DNA of 64,000 nucleotides from Macrostomum lignano. Lineage: Eukaryota. The translations under genes were made by a program, and so were the position numbers. The notes below the pieces were generated by a model. That model saw nothing but the letters and a program-made list of their open reading frames with translations. It was not told the DNA's origin and did not search any database. Below, piece by piece: positions 1 to 13,000 of the stretch. The stretch spans positions 248,001 to 312,000 of the forward strand of contig NIVC01000011.1 of the NCBI GenBank assembly GCA_002269645.1, written 5' to 3'. Numbering within the stretch: the first letter of the stretch is position 1; each line of letters begins with the position of its first letter.

Positions 1-189
1 TATAAGAACATAGCTGTTCATAGCATGATATCACTATGCATACACATTTGAAAAAAGCACCAATTTTTTACTAAAAGTGTAGTACAAATTTACACAGGTT
101 CAAACAGACGCGAGGTAATTATATAAAAAATATCAATTAAGAAAATAAAATGGACGCCTTGGCCCTTGGTGAATCCACGACACTTTCTG

Positions 190-850
190 GGAGGGCAGCA
201 GTGGCCCAGCAACTGAGGATCTGAGAGGGTAGCGGTGGTTCAACAACTGAGGATCTGGGAGGCTGGTGGCCTAGCAACTGAGAATCTGGGAGGCTTGTGG
301 CCTAACAACTGAGTATCTGGGAAGCTGGTTGCCTAGCAATTGAGGATCTGGGAGGCTGGTGGCCTAGCAACTGAGGATCTGGGAGGCTGGCCGAGCAACT
401 GACACTCTGGGAGGCTGGCCTAGCAACTGACACTCTGGGAGGCTGGCCTAGCAACTGACACTCTGGGAGGCTGGCCTAGCAACTGACACTCTGGGAGGCT
501 GGCCTAGCAACTGACACTCTGGGAGGCTGGCCTAGCAACTGACACTCTGGGAGGCTGGCCCAGCAATTGAGGTTGTGGGAGGCTGGCCCAGCAACTGAGG
601 ATCTGGGAGGCTGGCCCAGCAACTGAGGATCTGGGAGGCTGGCCTAGCAACTGAGGATGTGGGAGGCTGGCCTAGCAACTGAGGATGTGGGAGGCTGGCC
701 CAGCAACTGAGGATGTGGGAGGCTGGCCCAGCAACTGAGGATGTGGGAGGCTGGCCCTGCAACCGGCACTCTGGAAGGCTGGCCCAGCAACCGGCACTCT
801 GGGAGGCTGGCCCAGCAACCGGCACTCTGGGAGGCTGGCCCAGCAACTGA
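190..850. repeat. 28-bp minisatellite (unit ~CTGGGAGGCTGGCCTAGCAACTGACACT)
   Basis: Period of 28 read directly (TAGCAACTGA at 421 and 449). Copies degenerate toward the left end. Lies downstream of the TUBGCP6 stop. Confidence 0.95.
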
Positions 851-1007
851 TGATCTGACAGCAGGATCCAAGTCTTACAAATCTAACAGACTGGCGGATA
901 GTTGGTCCAAACCAGTCACTTTCTAATCCGCGTTATCAAAGTGCACAGAACAAACGCAAAGGAAACAAAACTTTTAAATGTTATTTCATTGTGGAGTCAT
1001 CGGACAC

Positions 1008-4000
1008 TCAAGCCATTGGCAAATTGCTGTTAGCCAAACAGTAGTAGCCATTGAAGTCCAACCGAAGCACCAATTCGTCCAGATGAGCCGCTCTGTCCCG
1101 CAGTCTGGCCAGCAACCCGAACAGAAATCTGAGTGGGGGAAATTAATCATTTTAATTATAGGTAGGATTGGGGCGGTAGCTTTGTGTGATCATCCATGAT
1201 CTCGTGATCTCATCTAGAGAGACAATCTCATGATTTCATCTAGCGAGACAATGTCATGACCTCATCTAGAGAGACAATCTCATGATCTCATCTAGCGAGA
1301 CAATGTCATGATCTCATCTAGCGAGACAATGTCATGACCTCATCTAGAGAGACAATCTCATGATCTCATCTAGCGAGACAATGTCATGATCTCATCTATC
1401 TAGTGAGACAATCTCATGATCTCATCTAGTGAGACAATCTCATGATCTAATCTATCTAGCAAGACAATCTCATGATTTCATCTATCTAGCGAGATAATCG
1501 CATGATCTTATCTATCTAGCGAGACAATCTCATGATTTCATCGATCTAGCAAGACAATCTCATGATCTCATCAATCTAGCAAAACAATCTCATGATCTCA
1601 TCTAGCGAGACAATCTCATGATCTCATCTATCTAGCAAACTAATCTCATGATTTCATCTATCTAGCAAACTAATATCATGATCTCATCTATCTAGCGAGA
1701 CAATCTCATGATCTCATCGATCTAGCAAGACAATCTCATGATCTCATCAATCTAGCAAAACAATCTCATGATCTCATCTAGCGAGACAATCTCATGATCT
1801 CATCTATCTAGCAAACTAATCTCATGATTTCATCTATCTAGCAAACTAATATCATGATCTCATCTATCTAGCGAGACAATCTCATGATCTCATCGATCTA
1901 GCAAGACAATCTCATGATCTCATCAATCTAGCAAAACAATCTCATGTAGTATAATATAAATAAGAAACAGTCACCAACCTAGCATTCTGCCGGAACATAT
2001 CGCGACACTTAGCCAGAGCCTCAAACTGCGGATGCACCATTGCTGCCCCACTAGCGTCGCCATTCTCAGTCCAAGCGTAAGCCCGATAGAGTCTACAGAA
2101 CCGCTCGGCTAGCGACATCATCAACAGAGCGTGCTTCAGCAGACGCTCGCCGCCAGGCTCCAACAGGCAGCGCTGCAGACACCGACGAAGGAAACGGTCG
2201 TGACACGCTCTGACAGCTTCAAGATCGGCTGCATCATTCAACTCAACAGACAGTCGAGTCCAGCAGACGTCCAATGTCTGATGACAGGCATAGGAGCCAA
2301 GAGCTTTGACAGCGTGCTCAAATTCGTGACGCCACAGCTGTAAACAGCGAGCCTGTTGATTGCTAATCAAACCATGGACAAGAGTATCGCGTCTCAGTTG
2401 AGTGAACAAGTTGCTCAAACGACCAAGCGCTAGACTCTGACGTAATAACAGCCGCATTAGTCTGGCGTAACGATTAATAGCGCTGTCTGTTAATATTAGA
2501 TTTGCCGGCCAACCTGATTCGTAGTTAAAACTGATGGAATCAAATGGACTGGCAGTACTAATGCTGCTACTATCATCAGTAGGCTGTACAGAATCTGCCG
2601 CCTCATCAACTATGGTTCCAAATGTAAAATAGGAAGCGGTTGATAAAGGCGATGCTTGAGTGTTCCGCTCGTCGCCAAGTTCAGCGTCTCGAACTGTTTC
2701 CTAGAAATGAATTAATAATCATTAATTAAACAACTGCTTTAACCCCACAGCCTTGATACTGCTTATAAAATTTCGGATCTTCTTCAATTGCTTATAACTC
2801 TACTGTTGTCAGTGTGGTCAGTAAAGTTCCTACATTTTAACCCTGGAGCGAAAAAGGAAGCGTTCTACAACTTTACAAACGTTCTACTTTAATTTCATTT
2901 CAAAGCGTTACATTTTATAAATTTTATCGCGTATAACTTCGTTAATTTCATTTAAAATCTAAGCTTGTCCTTACAGAAAAGGACAGAAAAATCGTTGTTT
3001 TTTATCATCATATCATCATCGCACTTCAAGGCAGCCTTTTCAACATAGTCTTCACTTGTAGCAACATACTTCTCCCATCTCGGCAATCAAATCAAAATAG
3101 AATTATCTAATTTCAGCTAATTTCTTTTTGCTTTAGAAGTGATTAAAAGGATTAGAATTGCATTAAATAATCTAACTTTTAATTCAGATCTTGTTATTTT
3201 TTTAGCATGTTGTCAACCACAAGACCTTCCTTCGTTAAACATTGAAAGATCTGCATGGACTATCATTTCTATATTTGGCTAGATTAATGAGGTCCCACAG
3301 ATTATCGATCCATTCTCCACATGTTTAGAAACCTCGATTAGAAGATCTTTCGAGTTATTTGGTTAATTTTTCGCACCAAGGACCAAGAACTAATTAAATA
3401 ATCTTCACCTCAGCCAGCCGTAAGCATTTAGCCAGGGCATCAGCTCCGCAGGCTGACTCCGCCTCCGCTGTAGCCAGCTCAATAAAAGTCTGCGCAAATC
3501 TGCCGTCAGCCAGAAAACAGAAGCGTCGCAATCGACGAAGATGGCGTAACAGACCGCCGTTAGACTCGTAGAGTAGCTGCGTAACCAATGCGGAATTGAT
3601 GATACTGGCTTGAACTTGCAACGGCGTCCATAACGACTTGGAAGCAAGCGTTGCTATGGACAGACGTTCTATAGCGTCTGTAGCAACGGTAGTAGCAGAA
3701 TCTGCTTCAGACTGACCGGATTCGCTGTGTCGAGGCATAGCTAATAAATTAGTAATGGGCGATTGATCGCAGAGTTGTTGAAATGCCAGCATCACGGACA
3801 ATGTCCTATCGCTGGAGTCAGTTGTTTTCGAAGTCAACGCTGCCGATGGAGATGGAACTTTGACTAGAGCAAATTGATTATTTGTATCAAGCTCTGCATC
3901 ATCAGCTTCCTCCTCGCCAATCAGCATAGTGAGTTCAGCTTCTACATCCTCTTGAGCAGACATGACCTCCTCTTTGTCGGCCTCTTTGTCTATCAGCTTC

Positions 4001-7000
4001 TCCGGCTTTAATTTTGATGCAGCTTCGCGTTCGTGACCTTTCTTAGAGAATTTCGTTGCTGCGCCACTTTGATCGCTAGGATGGCCGTATTGATTGCGCC
4101 AACGACTGGCCAGCCGTTCTCTGGCTCGACTTTCTACATCGGCGCTGTCTTGCCCAGATTCTCGACTAGCCGATTGCTTGTGCCCGAGGTTGATCTGGCG
4201 AAATCGGTCCAGCTGTTGCGATTCCGGCAGCATCGATAGCGGCGACGGAGGTGGAGAAAAAGATGAACGCTGCTTCACAGCGGATGCCTTAGCCGCAACG
4301 TCAGTGGATTCGTCTTTAGCAGCGGCAACTTCAAAGGGTTTGACCTCGATAGCGGAATCATTAGAGGATTTGATTTCTTGAACGACAGCATGATGTTTAG
4401 TCTCAGAGGCGGAAACATCAAATGGCTTTTCTTTAGTAGCGGCAACATCAGACGGTTTGACCTCACTAGCGGCAACATCAGACGGTTTGACCTCACCAGC
4501 GGCAACATTAGACGGTTTGATCTCACCAGCGGCAACATCAGACAGTTTGAACTCACTAGCGGCAACATCAGACGGTTTAGCCTCACTAGCGGCAACATCA
4601 GACGGTTTGACCTCACTAGCGGCAACATCAGACGGTTTGACCTCACTAGCGGCAACATCAGACGGTTTGGCTTCACTAGCGGCAACATCAGACGGTTTGA
4701 CCTCACTAGCGGCAACATCAGACGGTTTGACCTCACTAGCGGCAACATCAGACGGTTTGGCTTCACTAGCGGCAACATCAGACGGTTTGGCTTCACTAGC
4801 GGCAACATCAGACGGTTTGGCTTCACTAGCGGTAACATCAGAAGGAGCAAACTGCGAAATATCATCAGCGGCAACATCAAAGGGCTGGCTTGCAATAACT
4901 GACAGAGGCTCATCCACAGAGGAAGGCGCTTGGTCCAAAGAGACCATCGGATTAGCATTCGTGGCATCAATCATTTCCTGCTTCCATCGAGCTTCATCAG
5001 CGGCTAACCGAGCAACTCTTCGCTGGTCCCAACGCCGTCTCTGAAGACGCCATAAGGCGCGCAATTCGCGCTTAGCAGCTTCATTGGTGAGCCGAGCATA
5101 GCCAGCAAGCAGCTCCTGGCGGACCCGGTCTTCGAGGTCGCGTCGCTCGCGCTCCACAGCGGCCAGGGCGCGTTCGGTCTCGGCGGCTTCGGCTGCCGCG
5201 GTGTCAGCTTTGGCTTGACGAGCTCTAAAAATTATTTTATAGCGAGAATAAATTTAACTTTTGGCGTGGCATGATTGGTTTTAAATATTACTAGACTAGT
5301 GGCTTACGCAATACTCTGAGCAGCCCTGATTTTCTATGAAAATATCAGAAACAATCAAATATCGATGTCTATGGACAAAAGACCATTGATTCAGTGTAAA
5401 TCAATAGTGCAGGAGGCCATAGACAAATTGGTGCATAGAAAGAGTCTAAGCGCCCTTGACTCCGCTGACTAAGTCTAATTTTACCATAGACATTCTCAGT
5501 GGGCAGTAAAACGCGGTTACGCGCGTAGGCTGACTACAGCAGACACGAACTGAATCCCCCCTGCCGGCCATATTATTAAATGAAAAGGCGTCCTGGAGTG
5601 CAACGACAGCGTCGGATTTAACCATAGACAGCGTGCTTCAATGACACGAAATACGTGCGCGTCGACATAATTGACCTAACTATTTCACAGCAATGGTAGA
5701 TTATATAGTATGCAACTGAGTTGAATAATGGCCAAAACACGAGTGCGCGTAGCGCACTGTACCGCAGTGCCATTGTCATTATTCCACACCGCATGCTACG
5801 CGCACTCGTGTTTTGGCCATTATTCAACTCAGTTGCATACTATACAAGTGCATTGTATTTATCCTTTTACCCAGCGCTCAGTCATTATTCCACACTTTTT
5901 GCGGTCATTATTAACACTCTTTGTCGCCGTCATTATTCCACACTTTTTATCATGCTTCAATTGGCTGTTTTAAGAGTTATTTTACCCATAGACAACTGAG
6001 TTGTGTGTCTTAGTTTGACCATAGACACACTGTGATGAGTGTTGATTTTGCTTGCGTCTTGCAAGAAATCAGGAAAGCGAGTAGTGCGAGAAAAAGCTAT
6101 TTGTCTTGTCAAACAACTTTGGCTGGTGCATCTTTCAAATGGTAAGGTCGGTATCTATACTTGAGCACCTGTATTTCTCTTTTATAGAAAACATTTAAAA
6201 TAGACCCACTCCTTTTGCGGTGCCAAATAATCAGGCTAAAGTGTCGAGCATCTTTGGGAGCTGCGGCTTTGAGAACCGTATGTTTTACTTTGGGTGACAA
6301 ATTGATTTTCACATTGTCAAATTTCGACTATAAAGTGATAAACTGCACTACCTGTGACATTTATCATGAACTCTTTTCGCGTAGCTGGTAGTACTTTATT
6401 TTTATTTGTTTTTCCCTTTTTGTTCATTTACTCCTTGCTGTTCTGTATTTATTAATCAAAATACTGTGCGATGGATTTTTTCAATCCAAATGTCCATGGT
6501 AAATATTAAAACTGTGGAATAATGACCAAAATATTTTGTTAGTGCGTCTGGGTATAAGACTATAAGTATAATTACAATGGTAGATTGTAACATTGTAAGC
6601 ATTGTATTTATACTTTCACTCAGCGCGCAGTCATTATTCCACACTTTTGCGGCCATTATTCCACACTTTTTTCGCTGTCATTATTCCACACTTTCTTCCT
6701 GACCATAGACTAAACGTTGCTCGCTATGTTGTCTGCAGAGGTTACATGGACCATAGACAGAAAACTTGCAATATGGATGTCCATTTCTTATCACTCTTGA
6801 CATATTAAGGGACGCGTTTTTGTAGCTTCGAAGTGCCTGCGCTTATCAATTGGAAAAATTTTCTCCGGTCGACGCACTCAATGGTATCAAGATGGACGAG
6901 CTGCAACTTTTGTCGGAGATAAGTATGCATGGAGAACATCACGATGACCAGGCCCTGAGTGATTTCATTAAGTGGCTTGAGAACGATCATGCCACTGAAG

Positions 7001-10000
7001 AACTGCCCGAACTTCCGGAGGTGGCGGGCGACGACATGGACCTGAGTTCGAGAATGGATGGTGTAGAAATTCAGTCACTGCCAAAGTCAACGGTGGACCA
7101 GATGAATCGGCATGGGCAGGCTTTCGTGAAGTTTCTCTCTGAGACAACCGAGGAGTCGCCTGTGACGATGGAAGTGTGGAAGCTGAATGAGTACTTGCGT
7201 TATTATTATTTCGGTCTGCAGAGGACGAACGGTGAAAAGTATTCGTCATCAAGTCTTGTGTGCATTAGAGCTGGGATACACCGGTACTTTAACCTAATTC
7301 TGAAGCGCTCTATCAACTTCATTGGCGGAGAAGAGTTTGCGAGCTCCAATCGCATGCTAAGAGTGAAGGTGAGGGAACTCCACAATGCTGGAGGCGCTAC
7401 CAAGCAATTTGAGGCTATCGAGGAAGCTGATCTAACAAAGTTGCGAGCATATTTCGATGGAAGTACCGCTGAGAAGTTGCAGGATGAGGTATTGTTCATT
7501 ATGTACGTTTTTGGAGAGCGTGGACAAGAGCACATGCCGGCACTGAAGGCAGCAAGCAGTCTGTTGACGAAGGTGGATGCTGATGGCAGACCCTATATGT
7601 CGTTTCTAATACTGCCTACGAAGAATCAAAATTCCGATCCTACGCGTTGTAAGGACGACAGCCCGAAGCAAGCTGGAAAGCAGCGGGACCTGGTAAATAA
7701 ATACATTTCGCTGCTCCCATCGGATCGCAAGGACGACTGCTTGTTCCAAAGAGCACTACCGAATGACAAGACAACGGGTTGTCTGCGTTTCTCATCTCAG
7801 CAGGTACGAGGCATCAATTGGTTCACCTCATTCATTGATGAAACGGCTTAGCAAGCAGTGCAGTCTATCTTGAGAGTATACAAATCATTGGATACGGGTG
7901 ACGCGAATCGCGGACTTGTACGAGACTGGCCATGGAATGAACGATATCATGTGCATCACCGGTCAGAAGAGCGACAAAACGGTGCGCCGATATCTATCAA
8001 GGAAGCGCGACCGCCAGTTTTTGAAGCGTCGACGGCTGTAAGCGGGGCCTTAGAGCGTCCTATCGAGGTGCCCAAGCAATCGAACGGCGTAAACATGCCG
8101 TGCATTGAGACAGGTGTCGACGGTATCTCACCTGTCGAAGTCAAGCCGGCTAATGAAGTGCAACTTTCAAGTGGTAAGTTTATGAGTAACTAAATGAATG
8201 TCTATTTATCAGAAAATGTTTGTCGGTGAATAAATGTTCCTTTGGTGTAAAAACAGTTTCGCTTTAAATTATTGCAGTGATGAACACCCAGGCACATGTG
8301 TCTCGTATTTTCGAAAATTGCCGCTTTGAAAACTGCACATTTAATTTTGGGGGTAAGTAATAGGCGTCTTTTACATCTGCAGTAACGTTGATAGACAGTG
8401 ACATTTAATTGCTCCTGTTCTGGTTTTGTGTTCACGTTTATTTAATGCATGGATGAATGCAGCTTTTAGTACATGTTTTTCTTGTTTGACACAGTTTTGG
8501 CCATAGACTACTAGCCGTGAGGCCCTGATATCTTTTCAGTTATACGAATTCTCGTATTTGAATCCGTTGCTTATTGGTTAAAATATACTGATTGACTCTT
8601 TTGTCTATGGAAAGTTCCAAAAGTGTGGAATATTGGCCTAAATGAAACTTCATTGCGTCTGAAGGAAAGTATAAGTACCATGCTTGTTTATACTATAGAA
8701 GCATGCGACAATGTACCGTTTTGCGTGGGGCAACGCTCCGTAACGTTTCCGCACGTTTCTATGGTAAAAACAAACATGTTGGAACAGCGAACTCATTAGT
8801 CCATGGCTCTCTAACTTATTATCTTAGCTCCGCTTTCTTCTCTTACAGTTCACCAACAAGTTTTAGCCCAGGACTTACTGAAAAACCCAGGACTCGGAAC
8901 TTAAACTTAGTAGGAATTTTTTCAAGGTCCACCTGATCGAAAGCATTCTCTATGGTAAAAAGTATCTAACTAATTAGTGTAACACTAACTAATAAAGGTC
9001 AGCAGTATGGCTGATTTTAGAATGGTACAAATTCCTACCAAGTTTAAGTTCTGAGTTTTTCAGTAGTCCTTGGTTGTAGCGCTTTGTAACGCTTCTGTCT
9101 ATGGTCGAAAGAGACAATTCATCGAGAGGGAAACTCAATCTCTACGGCTGTTTATTTAATTAGAAACGAACGAGTGTCTAATGAGGCTCTAGCTTACTAA
9201 GGGCATGTCAACTTAAGCTAATAAAGTGGAGTCCCTAATTATCCCCTTGCTTGTTCTCTCCTATCCCAGGTCCAATTTTTGTCACTTTTTTGCCAAATCC
9301 AGCTTACTGGTGTCACTGTGAGCAGAATGACGCATCATTTGTGTATATAGGTTACTCGGGCTTCACTTTATGAACTTAAAGCGAACTTAAACAGCAACCC
9401 ACCTCTCAGCTTCGCGTTTCAACGCCTCCACCTGTTCCCGCTTCGCTTTCAACTCCGCCCGACGCCGTTCTCCAATTGCCGCTTGCATCGCTTCAAATTC
9501 GCGCGCCGATGCTTCGCGCGCAGCCGCGGCTAAAGAGCGCAAAGTTTCAGCGCGTTGCCTCTCAGCAACAGCGCGTCGCCTTCTAGCCGACCATTCAGCC
9601 TGACGCGCCTCGGCTAGCCGCCTGTCCGAAGCCTGAGCAACCAGCTCCAGATCGGCTATGGAATGACGCAGAGCTAACGGCATTGCAGCCGCAGACGTAG
9701 CTCCATCGGCAGTTGTCACTATCAACAGCGGATGCTTGGGCGCCAACAATCGCAACAAATTAACCGACTTGCCGCAGAAGAACAATTTAGTAGAGGCATC
9801 GGCTGGCAATAGTGGCCAACGCTTCTGTTGTTGCCTTAAACTGTAGGCATAGCGCCAGTAGCCAACGCTGCGCTGACTGGCATAGTCAGGATTGCATACT
9901 ACTGGGAACTCGGCCGAGTCGTTAGTAGTATATAAATTATTAGCATCTAGCCAAGGATTAGAAGCATCGGCCGCATTAGCTAATCCAGTGTGAACCCAGT

Positions 10001-13000
10001 CGTGCAGTCGACGCAAATACGGCCGGCTGGACTCTGTCAGGAAATGAGTCAGTAAAAGTCTTTCAAACTGACAAGCTCCAAGAGGTGACGCGCCGGCAAG
10101 GGCAGCTTCCAGTCGGTTTAGCAGTTTCATGCCTCCACTAATAAACTTATCAAACTCGGAGGAGTCTCCGCTAGGGCAGCAGAGTTGATAAACTAGCTCC
10201 ACTTGTTGGCAGAGTGGACGCATTCTGACCACTAGTTGAATTGGTCCGCAACTGGGACTGTAGGCTGACAGCACTAATGATTCGTGCAGATTTAAGTAGC
10301 TCTCTAAGCAGCCTAGGAAGGCCGAGGCGATCTGCGGAAAATTTTAGATCCTCATTTTCAGGACTTGTTGAGATTAGTTCTATAGGTTTGATGATACTGA
10401 TAACTGAGATGGGACTTGGATACCTGAGATGGGACTTTGATACTTGAGATGGGACTCGGATACCTGAGATGGGACTCGGATACCTGAGATGGGACTTTGA
10501 TACTTGAGATGGGACTCGGATACCTGAGATGGGACTCGGATACCTGAGATGGGACTTTGATACTTGAGATGGGACTCGGATACCTGAGATGGACTTAGAT
10601 ACTTGGATGGGACTTGAATACCTGAGATGGGACTTTGATACTTGAGATGGGACTCGGATACCTGAGATGGACTTAGATACTTGGATGGGACTTGAATACC
10701 TGAGATGGGACTTTGATACTTGAGATGGGACTTGGATACCTGAGATGGGACTCGGATAACTAAGATGGGACTCGGATACCTGAGATGGACTTAGATACTT
10801 GAGATGGGACCTAGATACCTGAGATGGGATTTAGATACTTAGATGGGACTAAGATACTTGAGATAGGACTCGGATACCTAAGATGGGACATAGATACTTG
10901 AGAAGATGGGATTTTGGCACCTTAGAGACTTTGGTGGATCTGAGAACATGTTCACTCCTCAAATACAATCCAGATGGTTTCACATTTAATAAATCAATCT
11001 TCAAAAACCAAATGTCACCTGTCCAACATCGGTCATTCTCCGTCCCACAGTCAGCAGGTGTCTCAGCTTGCGTATCTGACCGCCAGCCACCAGCAGCGGC
11101 CGCAACAGGCGAGCCAGCGATTCAGATGTACAACCTTCGATAGCCAATCCAGCCCGAACCGTCAGCTCAGCAGAATCTGAGTCATCCCGATTCGATGACA
11201 ATGGAAAACAGACAGACGCTAAACCAATCATTAGGGCTTGAGCATCTAAGCAGAGTTTCTCGCGCGATACTCTGCTATTAACTGGTGGATTTGGTGGCCG
11301 ATCTGCAGCAGCCAGGGCGATATCCAATGCCGCTGGACCGGCCTCAGTCAGGTAGGGCAGCTCAGGCGGCACAGGGCGACCTCTGTGAAGCCAGCTGTAC
11401 GCTAGCGGCTCGCTTGATGGCGGTATTACAGCAGCTTCCTCGTCGTCATGGTAACCGTCGCTAACGCTAAGCTGCGGAGATAATTGTTCAACGCCGCCGA
11501 TGCCCGCAGCACCACCGCCTGTTGAACCAGTGTAGCCATCGTCTGGCGATATCGGGCCTGCCAATTGTTGACTGTTGCCATGGCGACGGTGTCTACGCTG
11601 CCATACTGAAGCGCTGTTGTTTCTATTAACTCGGTCTCTCTGCGCGTGACAAACAGTTGACGATAGAAAGCCTCAGATTTATATAGAAATTGCATTGGAA
11701 ACTAAGCCTAAAAATAGTACAAGGTCCAGATAGTTAATACTACTCGTACTTCTACTAAGAACTTAAAACCCGATTTCTACTACTTCGGCTAGTAGCTTAA
11801 AATCCTATTTATACTGCGAGTACTTCTGATAGTAGCTTAAACACGATTTAGCTCGTATACTACTTCTGCAACTAAATTAAAACCTGAATTATACTACTTC
11901 AGTAAGTAGCTTAAAACCTGATTTGTACTACTTCTGCTAGTAGCTTAAAACCCGAATTATAATTACTTAGCTACTTATTACTTAGAAAGCTACTTATTTT
12001 CTAAGTAGCTTAAAAACTCGAATTATACTACTTCTGTGAGTAGCTTAACACCAAAATCATACTGCTTTGCAACTAGATTAGCGTCCGACTTTTTAAACTA
12101 CTGCTAGTAGCTTAAAAATCAAAATTAATACTACTTTTGTGAGTAGCTTAAAACCCAAATTATTCTAATTAACTTCGCAGTAGATTAAAACTCGAATTAT
12201 ACTACTTAACTTCGCAGTAGATTAAAACCCAAATTATACTACTTAACTTCGCAGTAGATTAAAACTGGAATTATACTACTTTGCAAGAAATTAAAATCTG
12301 ATTCTGACTATTTGTGCAAGTACCATAAAATCTGAATTATACTACTTAGGAAGTAGCGAAAGTTGCAGAAGTCTGCAAACTCCACGTTTACAGATTTACT
12401 CAAAGTTTGTCAGCACTCACAACTGCACCAGTCTCAGACCAGTCGTCCACGCTAGCAGCGTCCAGCGATTCGCCAATGCTGCCACCGTAGGTGCCACCAA
12501 GGCCTCCAATAGCGTTCCAAATCGCAGTCAGTCCAACACCAGGCTGCTGGTGAAACAGAGCAGTATCTGGCAATATCAAATCTGGACTGGAAAATCCCAC
12601 TGAAACCTCGACATCCATGGAACGATCTTCTTCTTGTTCATCGCCAGACAAGCCGCCATAATCATCTTTCAGACTGCCGATTGCAGTTGACATCAAAGAA
12701 GCCGATTCAAAGCATTCAATAGGATACTGGCGATAATCAATAGAATGACTGTTTAATTTAACATGCTGTTGCATTGGAAGTCCTTGACTTCTACCGTTCT
12801 TACTAGCATTAGTAGTAGTATCAGCCATTGAAAGCAGAAATTTCAAAGCCGATGTTGCAGAATCTGTTGTTGACAAAGACGATGCTAGTATAAAATCTGA
12901 TAGTGATTCGATTTTATTGCAAATCCGTTGAATTCTATCGCTGCCGCCGCAATCTTTTAAACGTAATTGCATTACGTAATCAGAAATTGCCAGCCGAATA

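Larger units (their letters stand above)
5367..9104. mobile_element. Nest of Crypton-like (tyrosine-recombinase) elements and non-autonomous derivatives delimited by CCATAGAC/GTCTATGG, in TUBGCP6 intron 3
   Basis: 11 exact copies of the 8-mer (5367-, 5417+, 5484+, 5622+, 5986+, 6019+, 6703+, 6751+, 8501+, 8603-, 9097-). Shared CATTATTCCACAC subterminal repeats. Contains a YR gene and a second YR 3' remnant. Confidence 0.75.

Noticed and set aside
11426-11695. ORF MQFLYKSEAF... as a TUBGCP6 exon frame or a separate gene
   Set aside because: The GCP6-homologous sequence (PYLTEAG etc.) is in the other frame, which splices in phase via the acceptor at 11640; this ORF has no recognisable similarity.
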